A stretch of DNA of 64,000 nt from Blasia pusilla. Lineage: Eukaryota. Within the stretch, counting starts at the first letter, position 1; every line of letters starts with the position of its first letter. The notes beneath the pieces are model-generated. The model was given only the letters and a program-made list of their open reading frames with translations. It was not told the DNA's origin and ran no database searches. The position numbers and the translations under genes were made by a program. The stretch covers positions 38,130,001 to 38,194,000 of the forward strand of contig CM114271.1 in NCBI GenBank assembly GCA_050084515.1. Reading direction: 5' to 3'. Positions 1-11,604 of this stretch are shown in pieces.

Positions 1-1351
1 GCCCTCTCTGGCCCTCGGTCCGAACGTAACTCAGGATGTAAACTGAAACACCTGGCGCGTGTATGACCATACCTCTGACAATAGTCACACTGATAACCTC
101 CTGGTGCAGCACCATCTCCTCGTCCATGCTGAGGCACATGTCCATGACCCTAACGAGTGCAATCGCGCTGATGATGGGCTCCACCACATGACCAACAAGT
201 AATAGTAGGCGGTTGCTGTTGAGCCGCATATGAAGGCGAAGGTCTCTGTGGCACTGCCTCTCGGTATCCTCCCTGAGCTCGTGGGGCCACAATCGACCTA
301 TCTCGAAGTCCATGTTGCTGCACAGATAGTGCAGACAATCGTGACTCCTCTCGCCCAGAACCCATGGTGGCTATGCTCTCCTCCGCCATGTTGCACTCAA
401 TGTTCTCGGCGGTCCTGAAAACATCTCTCAACGTAGGGGAGGTGTTCAAAAGAAGTACCCCCTCCCGCACCCGTGTCCGCAGGGTCCGGTCCAGCATCGC
501 GTACCATGACTGGATAGCTTGAGCCTCTGTCACCCCCTAGTGACGTTGATCAATCGGCGCAAGCGAGTGTAAGCCTCAAGCAAACTCTCACCCGGGCGCC
601 TCTGGAAGTCGTGGATGCTCCGCAACTTCTCCGTTCGTACCCCTTGGTGGCTCGCCCTCAACTCAGCAAAGAACTCAACCACGGGGTTGAACCTGGGATG
701 AACCCGACTAGACGGTGCAACTGCTCCAGTGCGAGTGACCCGTCCTAAAATATCACTAGTGGAAGAGGAAGTAGCCTCTCTTGACTCCTCCTCTTCATTT
801 GGGAATGGCTCCGTCCATGACACATAGTGTGGGTCGTAGTAGATTCGCCATGCCTCAATCTCCAGGGCATATCTGTGGGAGAACTCATGGTAATTGTCCA
901 TGGGTGCCCCCTCTAAATGCTGGAACATACCATTCCATGGTGTAAACGAGTTGAACTCTCTAGAGTTCGTGGCATGCTATGAGTCGCACCAACTCCTAAA
1001 CTCTGCTATGAAATCGTGCCTTCTGCACCTGAAAACCTACGCGGTCTTCTACCCGATCGTCCATCTTGTACACCCAACTGGTAGGACCTCTCACAATGTG
1101 TGGAGATGTGCTCACAAACTCCTCTACATGCTCCCCCTCGTCTGAAGACGACACAAAAGGAGATCGAGGTGGTCTCTCACGTGGAGACCCTCGAAACCTC
1201 GCACCACTCCGGGTAAATCCTCAAGAGCTACTCTTAGGTCCATTACTTTGCCTCTCAAAATCCTAAAAGGACGTCGTGATCGCCCTTGTGCCCCTCTCAC
1301 ACAATCACTCTCAACCTCACGAGTAATCCCTCGATCACTCATCCCAAACAT
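1..1351 (-). pseudogene. gag: Retrotransposon gag with two CCHC zinc knuckles, disrupted
   Basis: ORF 530-928 has gag-like FQRRPGESLLEAYTRLRRL. A frameshift at the G-run near 533 joins ORF 150-533 ending CWSCGGAHHQRDC. Reading through the TAG at 150-152 gives a second knuckle CDYCQRYGHTRARC. The upstream frame has several TAG/TGA stops. Confidence 0.85.
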
Positions 1352-2816
1352 ACGGCATTCGATCTACACTCTCCATCCTTGAGATGTGGAACGTGCGGCA
1401 ACAAGCGGCGCGGTGCGGCACATTGACCAGGCTATCATCTCATCGACAAACTACCCTCAACTCCGGACATCCCACACAGGTCTATGTCCCCTAAACCACA
1501 TACATAAATGACGATCTCAGCATCCACACACCCAATATCCCCAAATAAACTACCCAAATCCCAGAATCCCTCACACGTGCAGGGTAAAGGATCAGAATGG
1601 GTAACCTAAACACATGTCGATATCGCTCCTCAAAAACTGCAAATCTCGACCCCAACTCGGTCGTGGAGACAACTCCTCCAATCAGCAAGTCATACTCCTC
1701 TCGTACTGACGCTGCTTAAAACTCTTTGATGGACAGTGCGATTCCAGCAGAACGGTGCGGCGTTGCAGGCGGCACAGAACGGTTACGAACGGCACGACCC
1801 TCGATGATGGGATGCAACACTCGTCGGCATACCCTCCTCAATCAACAATAAACCCACACTCTGCTCCACAATGACGATGCGGCTCCACGATCGAGACAGT
1901 GCGGTGCGGCCACGAGCGGCATGACGCGGCAATCGGCGGAGCGTTGTGGCTACGGGCGGCACGGCATGGTACTCGATCGTCGTCGAGCGGCTACCAATCA
2001 CAACATAGCATCATAAAATCAAAACTCAAACACCATAACCAGAGGTCATCTACCATCATTGGTTGATGACAAAACAGCGATGACGGTGGCGGCCAAACCA
2101 AAGTACGTGGTGGCGGTGCAAGTCAGAGAATCAACGATGGTCATGGAAGACCCTCCACTTCGTAATGGCGGCAATGGCAACCAAAGGGTGGACAACGGCC
2201 GAATGCAGCTCTAAGAAACGCTGGGCAACGGCAACGGCCGACGGTGGCCGTGGACGATGGACCGTTGATGGTTGACTGTTGATGGTGACGGTTGACCGTC
2301 GATGGTGAATATGATGGCGACGGCCGCCGCTGGCATGGCGGCTGGTTTAGGGTTTGAACAATTTAACCCTAAAAATTGCCTAGCAATGGCAGTTTTGCAA
2401 GATTGACCATAACTTTTTACTTGCAACTCCAAATTGCACATTATTTATTGCACAACGTGCACAGCTTTACGATCTACAACAAAGTCAAAAAAATGTTTGG
2501 AATTGGAAATTCCAGTAAAAACTGACGGGGACTGTCATAAAGCCCAATGTCTCTTTATCCTACAAAAAATTCGGCACCGTTTCTGCGCTGATTTCTCCCA
2601 ACCAAAATGTAAAACGTGTAAAAATACAAATCAGCAAGCTACATAGTACTCCCAAGAGCACCGGAAGTTGGCAACTCGCCCCCATAATCAATCCCTATCA
2701 GAAATTGTTCAGCGCTTCCGCGTGCCACTCTTCCACACAAAAAATCGGCAAATGCAAAGAACAATCAAAGCAGCCCTTGCTCCGGTGAGCACCCCCATGA
2801 GCCGCTGAATGGGAAA

Positions 2817-2827
2817 CATGGTCCCCA
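2817..2827 (-). promoter_or_regulatory. Degenerate primer-binding site (tRNA-Arg-like)
   Basis: Minus strand TGCA-tgt-TGGGGACCATG; the homologous copy at 55750-55760 reads TGGCGACCGTG. Confidence 0.5.
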
Positions 2828-2830
2828 ACA

Positions 2831-3793
2831 TGCAAAAACAACAAGTTACTAGCGAGCTCCCCCATGAAGCTCTCTCATTCTCTCTTTGTAAAGTAAGATC
2901 CAATCTCTCTCTACACCATCTCACACCATAACTCTCAAAGGTGTGCATTCTCTCTCATGTCAAACCAAACCCACTCTCCTAATGAGAGGATTGGGTTACA
3001 CTCATAAGGCAAGGGACCATAGCTCCGCCGCCTCATGCCAAGAGGTTCAACAAAGAAAGAATGAGCTCTTAAGCTCTCTCTCTCTCTCCTTGAGGTATAC
3101 TCCTCCCCTCTCCCAAGCTCTCTCCATGGTAACATATTCTCCCAAGTCACATCCTTGGTTCTTGACCTGATGTAAGAGGTCAAGGGCCACTTACCAAAAA
3201 TAGAAAATCGATCATATACTCAAAATGGTACTTATCTAAAATAGTAAGTTCATCAATATGGCTCCAAATGAGCCGAAACGAAGGGGAAACCTGCTCTCTC
3301 AAGTTTTCCGAGGCCTCAACATGTCATTCTCGACCTACTGAGTGTGTCCTCCACTACTCACGAAGGCGATCTACTATATCTCATCGATCTATGCTAAAAG
3401 ACGTGACAGCTGCCTCGTGCCAAGAGGTTCAACAAAGAGAGAATGAGCTCTCAAGCTCTCTTTTAGATACCTCTTTGAGGTATACCCCTCCCCTCTCCCA
3501 AGCTCTCTCCATGGTAACCTATGCTCCCAAGTCACCTCCTTGGCTCTTGACTTGATGTAGGAGGTCAAGGGTCACTTCCCAAAAATAGAAATTTGACCAT
3601 ATACTCAAAATGGCACTTATCTAAAATAGTAAGTTTCTCAATATGGCTCCAAATGAGCCGAAACGAAGGGAGAACCTGCTCTCTTAGGTTTCTCGTCGCC
3701 TCAGGAAGTCATCCTCAACCCTCTGAGCCTGTCCTCCACTACTTGCAAAGGCGATCTACTAGATCTCAACGATCTATCCTAAAAGACATGACA
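2831..3793 (-). repeat. 5' LTR with an internal ~385-bp tandem duplication (3027-3408, 3409-3793)
   Basis: Two highly similar blocks, each ending in ...aaaagac(g/a)tgaca, the TGTCA LTR start on the minus strand. Confidence 0.7.
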
Positions 3794-3979
3794 CCATTGA
3801 GCATGCAAAGATCTTTAAAATATTGGATCTATAAAATGACTATCATTAATGTCCAATTAGGGTGGAGGATCACAGAAGAAAACATTTTGGGGAATAGATT
3901 AGTTTGGAAGAGATTGTATATACTAAAATCAATTCTTATCATTTGGGTTTAAAAAACACTCTTCTAGAGTTCTAGAAAG

Positions 3980-5360
3980 TTATGCATAGGATTCTGGGAG
4001 GTTTGGAGTACGTGCAATCATGTTGACATTATCATATTTTGTTCCATGGTTGAGGAGCATGAACAATACCTAAAGAAGGATTTTTTAAAATTTGAATTAC
4101 ATGGTCCAAATGCTCATAAGATTAGATCGAGTATTCAACTCACACCATATACCTATAGGGATTATATGTCAGGTAGATTAAGATAGAGGCTTTTGCCTAT
4201 TCCTCGTATTTTAGATTTAGGTCTGAGCTTTCATAGGATTGGAAAACTTCAATTGACCATATTTCAAGGGATTTCGACCATTTAGATTTTGTAATCGCAA
4301 AATCTTTTATAGCTAGATATCATGAGGAGATGATGTTAGGTTAGCATGCTTGTATCTTCTTGTGTTTGTCGACAAGTTTAGGCCAAAAATATGTGTCAAC
4401 TTTAGTAGAGGGTTTGGATCGTGAGTCCTTGGATATGAAAAGGCACTTGATATGTAGTCATGATGTCCATAACAATGAAGAGGTTGTGTAGTACTTGCAT
4501 ACTAGCATCATGGTGAGCATAGTAAGTGGTATAGAGCAAGATCGGATCCTATGGAGAGTTTGGAAATTCAAGTGGGAGGGGACACGTAGTTTACGAGTGT
4601 AGGAGGATGGTAGCGTTAGAAAGGGCCTAATTACACAAGTATAGTTTGCAATGAAGAAATTTGAGGGAATGAGACCTATAATTTTCATAGTTGGCTATGT
4701 GGTATCTCATTAGTTGGCACACATCCTTGGAATTTCTTTCATTATACTTTTTGTTCTATGGGAGAGAGCCAAACTTACCTACAACTATTTGATGTAATGT
4801 TGTAGAGATGTTGAACCATGATGACGCTAATGTACTTGAGCGAGCATATTCTTTGAGAAAAGAGATTTTTTTGTAGAGTTATGCCTAGAGAAAATTTGGA
4901 AACTTAGATATTGGTCAATATGAGGATACATTGAGGTATATGACCATTGCTGGAGGATTTTATTATCCAGGGAGTAGGAGATTTCATCTTGGAGATTATG
5001 TATACTTATAACAAAAAAATGCTCGTGATGCTACATTTTATTGAAGGACACAAGTTTTTTCTTGTGCACAATGTATTACCTACAAGACTCCTCATGTTGA
5101 AAGGGTGAGACAATGTGATTTTGAAAGATCATGTGTGCAATTATGGTCTTCTTGTGTAAATATGGACATATGAGTTTAGCAATTTTACCTACATGATTAA
5201 GGTGTATATTGTATGGGTCTATGAGAGGTCTAGCAAGGGGTACAACCACCATGTTGGATTTTCATATATACCACCATAGAGGGTGGTATATGTCAGGCTT
5301 GACTCCTCTCTTGATGCAATTCCCATAAGATTATGGGTGTGTCCCACATGTGTATAGAAT
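3980..5360 (+). pseudogene. pol: Heavily decayed Ty3/gypsy pol remnant (RT, pre-integrase segment, C-terminal PHD finger)
   Basis: VDIIIFCSMVEEHEQYLKK (~4022; cf. YIDDIIIFS..EEH), AFIGLENF (~4226), DRILWRVWKFKWEG (~4540), RGWYMSGLTP-fs-LDAIPIRLWVCPTC* (~5278-5357). Confidence 0.6.
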
Positions 5361-6290
5361 AGTGGATTACCTAAGGTTAGATCCAATAAGTACTATCTTG
5401 AGTTAAGAGATCTAATAACTATTAAATATTGAGTTATATTCAATCTCATTGGGCCTACGAATAAATAGCTACATTTGGTACTCACATTAATTAGGAAAGC
5501 TTATTCTTAGATAGTTTCGTGAATAACTGAGTCTATAACGCCAATTCTAGGGGGGACCCTAGGAGCAAGTCATAATTGTGGATTAAAGGAGGAGAGACCT
5601 TGGTGTGACCCACCAAAATGAGAATCTATACTAGCTAGTCATGAGACTAGTAAGGGCGGAGGAATTGATTGGACAATTAATGCTAGTTGAGACAGATATG
5701 CTCCTTGAGACTAACCTTAAGTGTCAAAGGGTGTTTCCCATATCCACTCACGGGGATAAGGAAAAGACAAGAAAGGTGTGATTTTGGTATATATGTGTAA
5801 GTGTATTTTTTCGTTATAAAATTTTCCGTTGTTGGGAAGATTGATGATGTTTCTTATGTGAATGTGAATAGCGATGTAGGTTGTGTAATGACATCTATGC
5901 ACAACAAGTAAAATATTGACGAAAAATAATTAATTATGTAGGGAATATCGATGAGAATTTCAAAACTATCTCTAAAATGATCTTAGACATTTCTTAGAGA
6001 TTCATTTAACACGTGCACAAACACATTAAGCCGTCTACTATATATTAGCCCATCTTGTACAAGGCATTGTAAGAAATGGATATCCTTAGAGCAAAGATCT
6101 TAAAAAATTTGACATGACGTATGAAAGGTCACGCACGCCTTCATACAAATATAATTAAAAGAAGACAGGATTTGAAGAAACCCTCCTCAGGTGTTGACAC
6201 ATGTACTTTGTGGGTTCCTATAATATCGACACATCTCATTTTGAGAGAAATATTTAATTTAAAAAAAATAAAAAATTTAAGTATCATGAG

Positions 6291-6677
6291 TCATATAACC
6301 ACCAATATCTAGGGAGATAGCCCTAAGACAACCCTACTAGGGGGAAGAAAAACAACTAACATCTCCAAGGTATCCTTTAAGTGTGACACATGTAATTAAC
6401 TAGTCCCATTCAGGGTTCGGGGAGTTTTTTCGCGGGACGCGGTCCATCGCCGGAATGTCCAATCGGAAACGGTAATTCCGGATTTTGAACCGGTTTTCAG
6501 ATACGAAATACAAAGGACCTACTCGAATTCGTAGGCAACTTTTAAATCAATCGGAAATTCCCAAATTTAACCGGCTAGCAATACTAGTAACCCTGGATCT
6601 CGCCAATCATTGGTCCCATTTAACAATTATAGAGAAAGGGATGAAAAGTAGTGCTTTTCGTTAACACGGCCGACTAG
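6291..6677 (+). mobile_element. Short non-autonomous Helitron interrupted by a hAT MITE, joined head-to-tail to a related 5' end at 6678
   Basis: Starts TCATATAACCACCAATAT and ends cgttaacacggccgaCTAG, followed directly by TCTCCTATAACCACCAATAT. Confidence 0.45.
6411..6612. mobile_element. 202-bp hAT MITE
   Basis: Perfect 8-bp TSD gtcccatt (6403-6410, 6613-6620). Termini CAGGGTTCGGGGAG...CTCGCCAATCATTG resemble those of the hAT at 27677-32556. Confidence 0.85.
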
Positions 6678-7269
6678 TCTCCTATAACCACCAATATGTA
6701 TGGGACCCCGGAGACAACCCTATTAAAAATAAATTAAAATTTTGAGGACTCCCGTCTTCCGGCTCCACGGCTTCGGACCGTAGACGGAATGCGGATCCGC
6801 GTGTAGCCCTGAAATCTCCTGCCTGTGAATGGTGGGGGCGGAGGAGTACGGGAGCCATCGCTGTCCACCGTCGTGCTTTGGCGGGCCCGGAGCCAGTCAC
6901 CGTCTTCGTAGGGGCGCGCCAAATGGACAGTGCATGCTTGAGATGATCGTCCCTCACGCTGACAGGACACGTGGTGACATACCAGGTAAGTGCGTATCTT
7001 GACCGCACGACGGAACTCCACACCGTCCGATGCCCACAGCAGCAGCCGCTGGCTCCGCCTCCCTGGGAGAGTTTCGTTCTCCTTTTGCTATTCTAATAAT
7101 ATAAATAAAATAAAATAAAGATTCGGCATTTAAACAGGTATCGGAATATTAAACTGCGCCGCGAAATATTCGAATCGATCTTTCTTCCGGTCGCTTAAGG
7201 TCGACCTTTTCCGCTGATGTAAGAGTTTAGGTTCATTGGCCTTTCATTGATGTAAACGTTTAGATTCAT

Positions 7270-8630
7270 TGGGCCCCCGAAGTGCGTCGAACTCACTTCT
7301 GTTTTTAGGGGTAGGGAGCGGGAGCAGACGGATGAGGGAGAGCATCCATTCGAGCACGGCGATGGCGGCTTCGATCAGGGTCCGCGGCTTGACTTCTCTC
7401 TGAGGGCATCTCCGGATTGATTTGGTTCCCGAGTGAGACGGATGGGGTGGTGCGTGTTAGAGAAACGAAGAGGGAATCGAGGTGAGGAGGTGGTGATGCT
7501 CGGGCATGTATGTAAATGTCAGAATCAGAAAGAAGACGGTGCTTCCAGATCTTCAAGCAATCTTCGGCCGGTGTTTGCTGTCTGCCGAAACGGCCGATGT
7601 CTGAAGACGGAGTCATAGCACATCTACCGACCAAAGATTGCGTGGTGACCTGGGCGCATCGTTTTGCCATTTTACCGTCAGTTGAAGACCTTCATCGGCC
7701 AAGGAAGGGTGAATGGAGCAACACTGGGAGCCAAGTTGATTTTGTATGTGGGAGTAGCAGGGACGATGCATGACTCGTTGTGGAGTCGAATTTGTAGTCA
7801 TCTCATAGGAACGTTAGAACCTGTGTTTTCCTTACTTCATAAAGTTGCCGTTGCTACAGCAAGTGTCTCAGGACAGAGTCACACCATGTCCATAGACCAA
7901 AGAATAAGTGACCATCGGGACGCATCGTGTTGGATGTATTTTCTACTGAAAATCTTGATCTGTCAAGAAAGGATGCATAGAACAATCCTCGGAGCTAAGT
8001 CTATTAGCAAAAGAAGCTAGTGAGCAGCTCGGACGATACATGAGTGCTTCTGTAGTTGTGTTTGAAGTCGTCTCCCATGAATCCATATTGGGGTTTCATC
8101 TTTCGAAATAACTGTTAAGGCCGTTCCAAATATCTGCGGACAGCTTCTTGCCACATCCAAGGATCGAAGGTTGTGCGGCAATCCGTCATTTAGTGTGTAC
8201 TCAAATCTTTCATTAGTCAAGAAGGGTTGAATGGAGCGATCGGGAACCTATAATTCACGTCTCCATTACTTCATTGTGCTGTAAAGCCATGTGCAACGGC
8301 CAATGTCTTACGAAAGCGTAAAGCCTCGTCCACCGACCAAAGATTGCGTAACTATAACTATCTGTCCTCACCTGAAAGCTTTCATCAGTCAAGAAAGGAT
8401 GAAAGGAGTAACCTTGAGTCATGTAGATTCATGAAAGAAGCTGTTGAGCAGCGCATTTAGTGTCTGCGAAGTCGGGTTTGGCTGCCCAACAGCTTCTTTC
8501 ATGACTGCTTCTGTAACCGAACTTCTAGCCATCTCACAAAAACCTTACGATTTAGGTTTACATTACTTCACAGATTTTCGCATACAGATGCAGCGGAGAA
8601 CATATGCCGCATCCATTGACCAGAGATCTA
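7270..8630 (+). repeat. Copy A of an unidentified duplicated locus built of ~260-nt degenerate tandem units
   Basis: Colinear with 32870-33910. caag(a/g)a(a/g)gg..g motif recurs near 7700, 7964, 8218, 8390; ccaa(a/g)ga motif near 7631, 7898, 8157, 8337. Confidence 0.75.
8429..8504. ncRNA. Candidate hairpin RNA / proto-MIRNA (24-bp stem, 28-nt loop)
   Basis: tcatgaaagaagctgttgagcagc (8429-8452) is the reverse complement of 8481-8504 except for one mismatch. Expression unknown. Confidence 0.35.
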
Positions 8631-10089
8631 AGGCAAACAAGCTTTATCTGCCATCACTACAACCCTTACTCGTCGTGGCCATGCATTTGTACCAGCCGAG
8701 GTCGCCAGGACCCGGCCCCAGGGCAATGAACGGGAAGATCCGTTCATTGCCCTACGGCCGGTTAAAATCAGGAATTCCGAAAAACTGGCCGGGTTTGTTA
8801 GGGGGTTTCTTTGTAAAAGTATCAGAAAAACCGGTTGGAAATCTGAATTTTCCGATCTGGGTTATGAAACACAGGCAATGTGGGGGTATTCGTGAAAAGC
8901 CTCTCGGGACTATGGTTCCGAATTTTGGTCGGATAGGATTTATGGGACTTGAAAAAGATTTGCGTCGTGAGAACACAGGGCGCAAGTCTATATGACCTTG
9001 TTACCATCCGACGAGAAGAAAATAATCCTTTTCTTGTTGTTGCTATGCTGCGACCGCAGCGACTCCAATTGCGATTGGGTAGGGAGCCGGCCACATGGGA
9101 TCGGGTCCTTGGTTATCGCCATGCATTTGTATGTGGACAAGTTTCCCGATTTTTCTTCCCTTGTCGATGTATGCACTTTCTTAGGGTTCGATCCCATGGA
9201 CATGTGTACATGGACAGGTGTACAGACCTTGGCAACCCTCATTTACGTGACAAAATGCACATGTCTCTAGTAACTACTTTTGGTCATAACCAAGTCAAGG
9301 TCTTGAGGATGATGGGCGCAAAAAAATTGGCGCCAGTTCATGGTGTGCATGGGATCTGCCCCTTGATAGGATTGTTCCATGGGCTTGACGCTCTCGGGGT
9401 GCTCTTGTACTTGTGATATGGGATCCGGGCCCTACGCGCATCAAGTATCCATGGACATTTGTCTATGTCCATTGAAATGAAGTGAAATAGCAGTGAATGG
9501 GGCTCATCTCCACGCCAAAGGAATCCTCCAAACTCATTTGAAGTGTGACCAATTGGCTTCATAGGCGATGAAGGATTGGGAATGCCTAAATTTGGAAAAT
9601 TTCTTTTTCGGGTAGAAAGAATGGATGAATTGAAAGGTATATATAAAGATGAATTGAAAGGTAGATGATGCATTGCAAAGACCTCTCTTTTAACACTTTT
9701 GCATTTTCGACCAATAAGATCATCCACATTCTAGGCTCATACAAATGTTCAAATAAATTGTGAGTGACATTGAATTCTTTGGAAGCTAATTATGGGAAAT
9801 TATTCAAACTCGCGGGCAAACGCTAGTAATATTTATTGCCCTTCACCATGTTAGCACACTAAGACCATGGAAAAAACATCTTTGAACTAAGATAAATCCC
9901 CCCAATAACAAAAATGAATAGACCAAAGTGTGTGTTCGAAATGAGAGATTGCGCACATCCATTGTTGACTAAGAAGCATTATGCATGTCCTTCGCCATTC
10001 AATGCTAGTGTAATGGTGAAAAAATCGTACCTTTAGCCCTCCTCCTGTTAGCAGCACTTGGTTAAATAGTCTTTTGGTTAAATAGTCTT

Positions 10090-10182
10090 GTACACGTGTC
10101 AACACGGGAAGGCTTAAAAAGAGCCTACGTGTCGACACCAGAGGAAGGGTTCCCAAACCCCGTCCTCTTTCAATAATATAGA
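10090..10182 (-). mobile_element. Non-autonomous Helitron 5' terminus
   Basis: Minus strand A|TCTATATTATTGAAAGAGGACGGGG; related sequence near 6145-6205, 57085-57155 and 59373. Confidence 0.45.
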
Positions 10183-10739
10183 TGAAATTGGCATTATTTA
10201 TTTGCTTAGGTGCTCAATGCCTTCTAAGCTTATACGAAGGTTCCAACATATGCCTTTCAATTCATCCATACTTTATATACACCCTAAAACCATGAATTCT
10301 ATCTTTATGTATATGAAAGGATTACGTCCCAAAGGCGACCCATATATGATCAACACGTGGTGTCAAACATGCCCTACTATACATAATTTTGAAATTGTAA
10401 ATTTCTATTGCATGCAAGAGTTTATTATATACATTTTTATTATATGTTGTGCATCATATGGGTACCTTATTATTTATTTTTAATTTTCAAATGCTATTGG
10501 GAAGAAAATTTCAATTATTTTCTGGAAAAAATTTGATCATAATGAGTGATTTTCTTTTCTTAAGTGATAGATGGGGATTGGAAAAAGAAATCATATCTTC
10601 TTTTTACCCCATTTCATAAAGAAAAAAAATTATGATTTGAAAAGAAAGTTAGAGGTGCATTATTAAAGAAAATTTTCTTCACTATTCTTAGTCATTTGTA
10701 ATGTTAAAATTCAACGTGTCCAAAGTTTTTAATAATTGT

Positions 10740-11600
10740 TGATGATAGTGTATCTAACTACCTTTCAAAATTGTAAAGAGAATGGAATTCAAACCCAAAG
10801 TAAAAAATGAAAAGATCCGCGCAATAAACCTTGTAAGAAAGGATGTATGTATTTTTCATCTTTTCCAAGTATATGACCTTGAACTGACATTTTGTATGGT
10901 TGTTTAAAATAATTTATCTAACGTCCATGCAAAATTTCAATACTAATGGAATTCCAAGTCCTCTTGATTAATAATGCACCTCTAACTTTTTTTTCAAATC
11001 ATAATTTTTTTTCTTGGAATTCCATTAGATTGCAAGTGTTTCTAACCTCCTTGAGAAATTTCAATGGACTTTTAAGTCGATCGCAATGCCTAAATATGAA
11101 GAGATCTTTTATGACCCAAGCAATAAACCTTTGAAGGAAAAAATGGGTGTACATTTTTCCTTTTCTCAAAGGATGCGATCTTGACCTGAAATTTGGTCCA
11201 CTTCTTAAAGCAAGTGTATCTAACCTCTATGAAAGTTTTCAATGAAAATAAAAATGCAAACCTACCCCAAAAATATAGAGTTTTTTCAAAAACTAATGCA
11301 ATAGACCTTATGAGGAAAAAGGGGATTTGCAAGTTTCATCTTCTCAACGTATGTGATATTGCAATCACCCTAGATTTGTCCACTTTTTGATCAAATTATA
11401 TCTACCCTCCATGTAAAATTTCAATGTAAATGGAAGTGCAATGCAAAGCCCAAAAATATAGAGGTCTTCTTAAATCCTGCATTATTCATTTCACCCAAGG
11501 ATATGATATTTACTTAAACTTTTGTCCACTTATTGATGGAAGTATATATGATCTCCTAGCAAAATTTTAATGAGAATGCAAGTCCAACCTAAGGCCCAAA
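10740..11600. repeat. Degenerate AT-rich tandem repeat, about 6 units of 120-185 bp
   Basis: Core tatctaacctc.atg.aaatttcaat recurs near 10750, 10915, 11035, 11215, 11398, 11543. Confidence 0.55.
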
Positions 11601-11604
11601 ATTG

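Larger units (their letters stand above)
1..3793 (-). mobile_element. 5' portion of a Ty3/gypsy LTR retrotransposon (LTR, PBS, long leader, gag); runs off the left edge
   Basis: On the minus strand a TGTCA...TGCA-bounded LTR (3793-2831), a PBS-like motif 3 nt inside, a ~1.5-kb leader, then gag with zinc knuckles. Confidence 0.75.

Noticed and set aside
8060-8070. TGA aligned with a Cys codon in unit 2 of both copies (selenocysteine?)
   Set aside because: Land plants are not known to use Sec, no SECIS is evident, and other lesions are present; a shared old nonsense change is simpler.
8017-8220. F-box/LRR-like LRSLDVARSCPQI on the minus strand
   Set aside because: Not repeated at LRR spacing, and the frame is not kept in other units or copy B.
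8380-8392. CTGATGA motifs (also ~32978 and ~33295) suggesting hammerhead ribozymes
   Set aside because: No stem II followed by GAAA and no stem I/III arrangement found.
8481-8504. Loose resemblance to miR396; also tgcctggct at ~34006 resembling miR160
   Set aside because: Too many mismatches and indels; no hairpin at 34006.
6411-8749. One large non-autonomous hAT from 6411 to 8749
   Set aside because: The TSD closes the element at 6612; none follows 8749.
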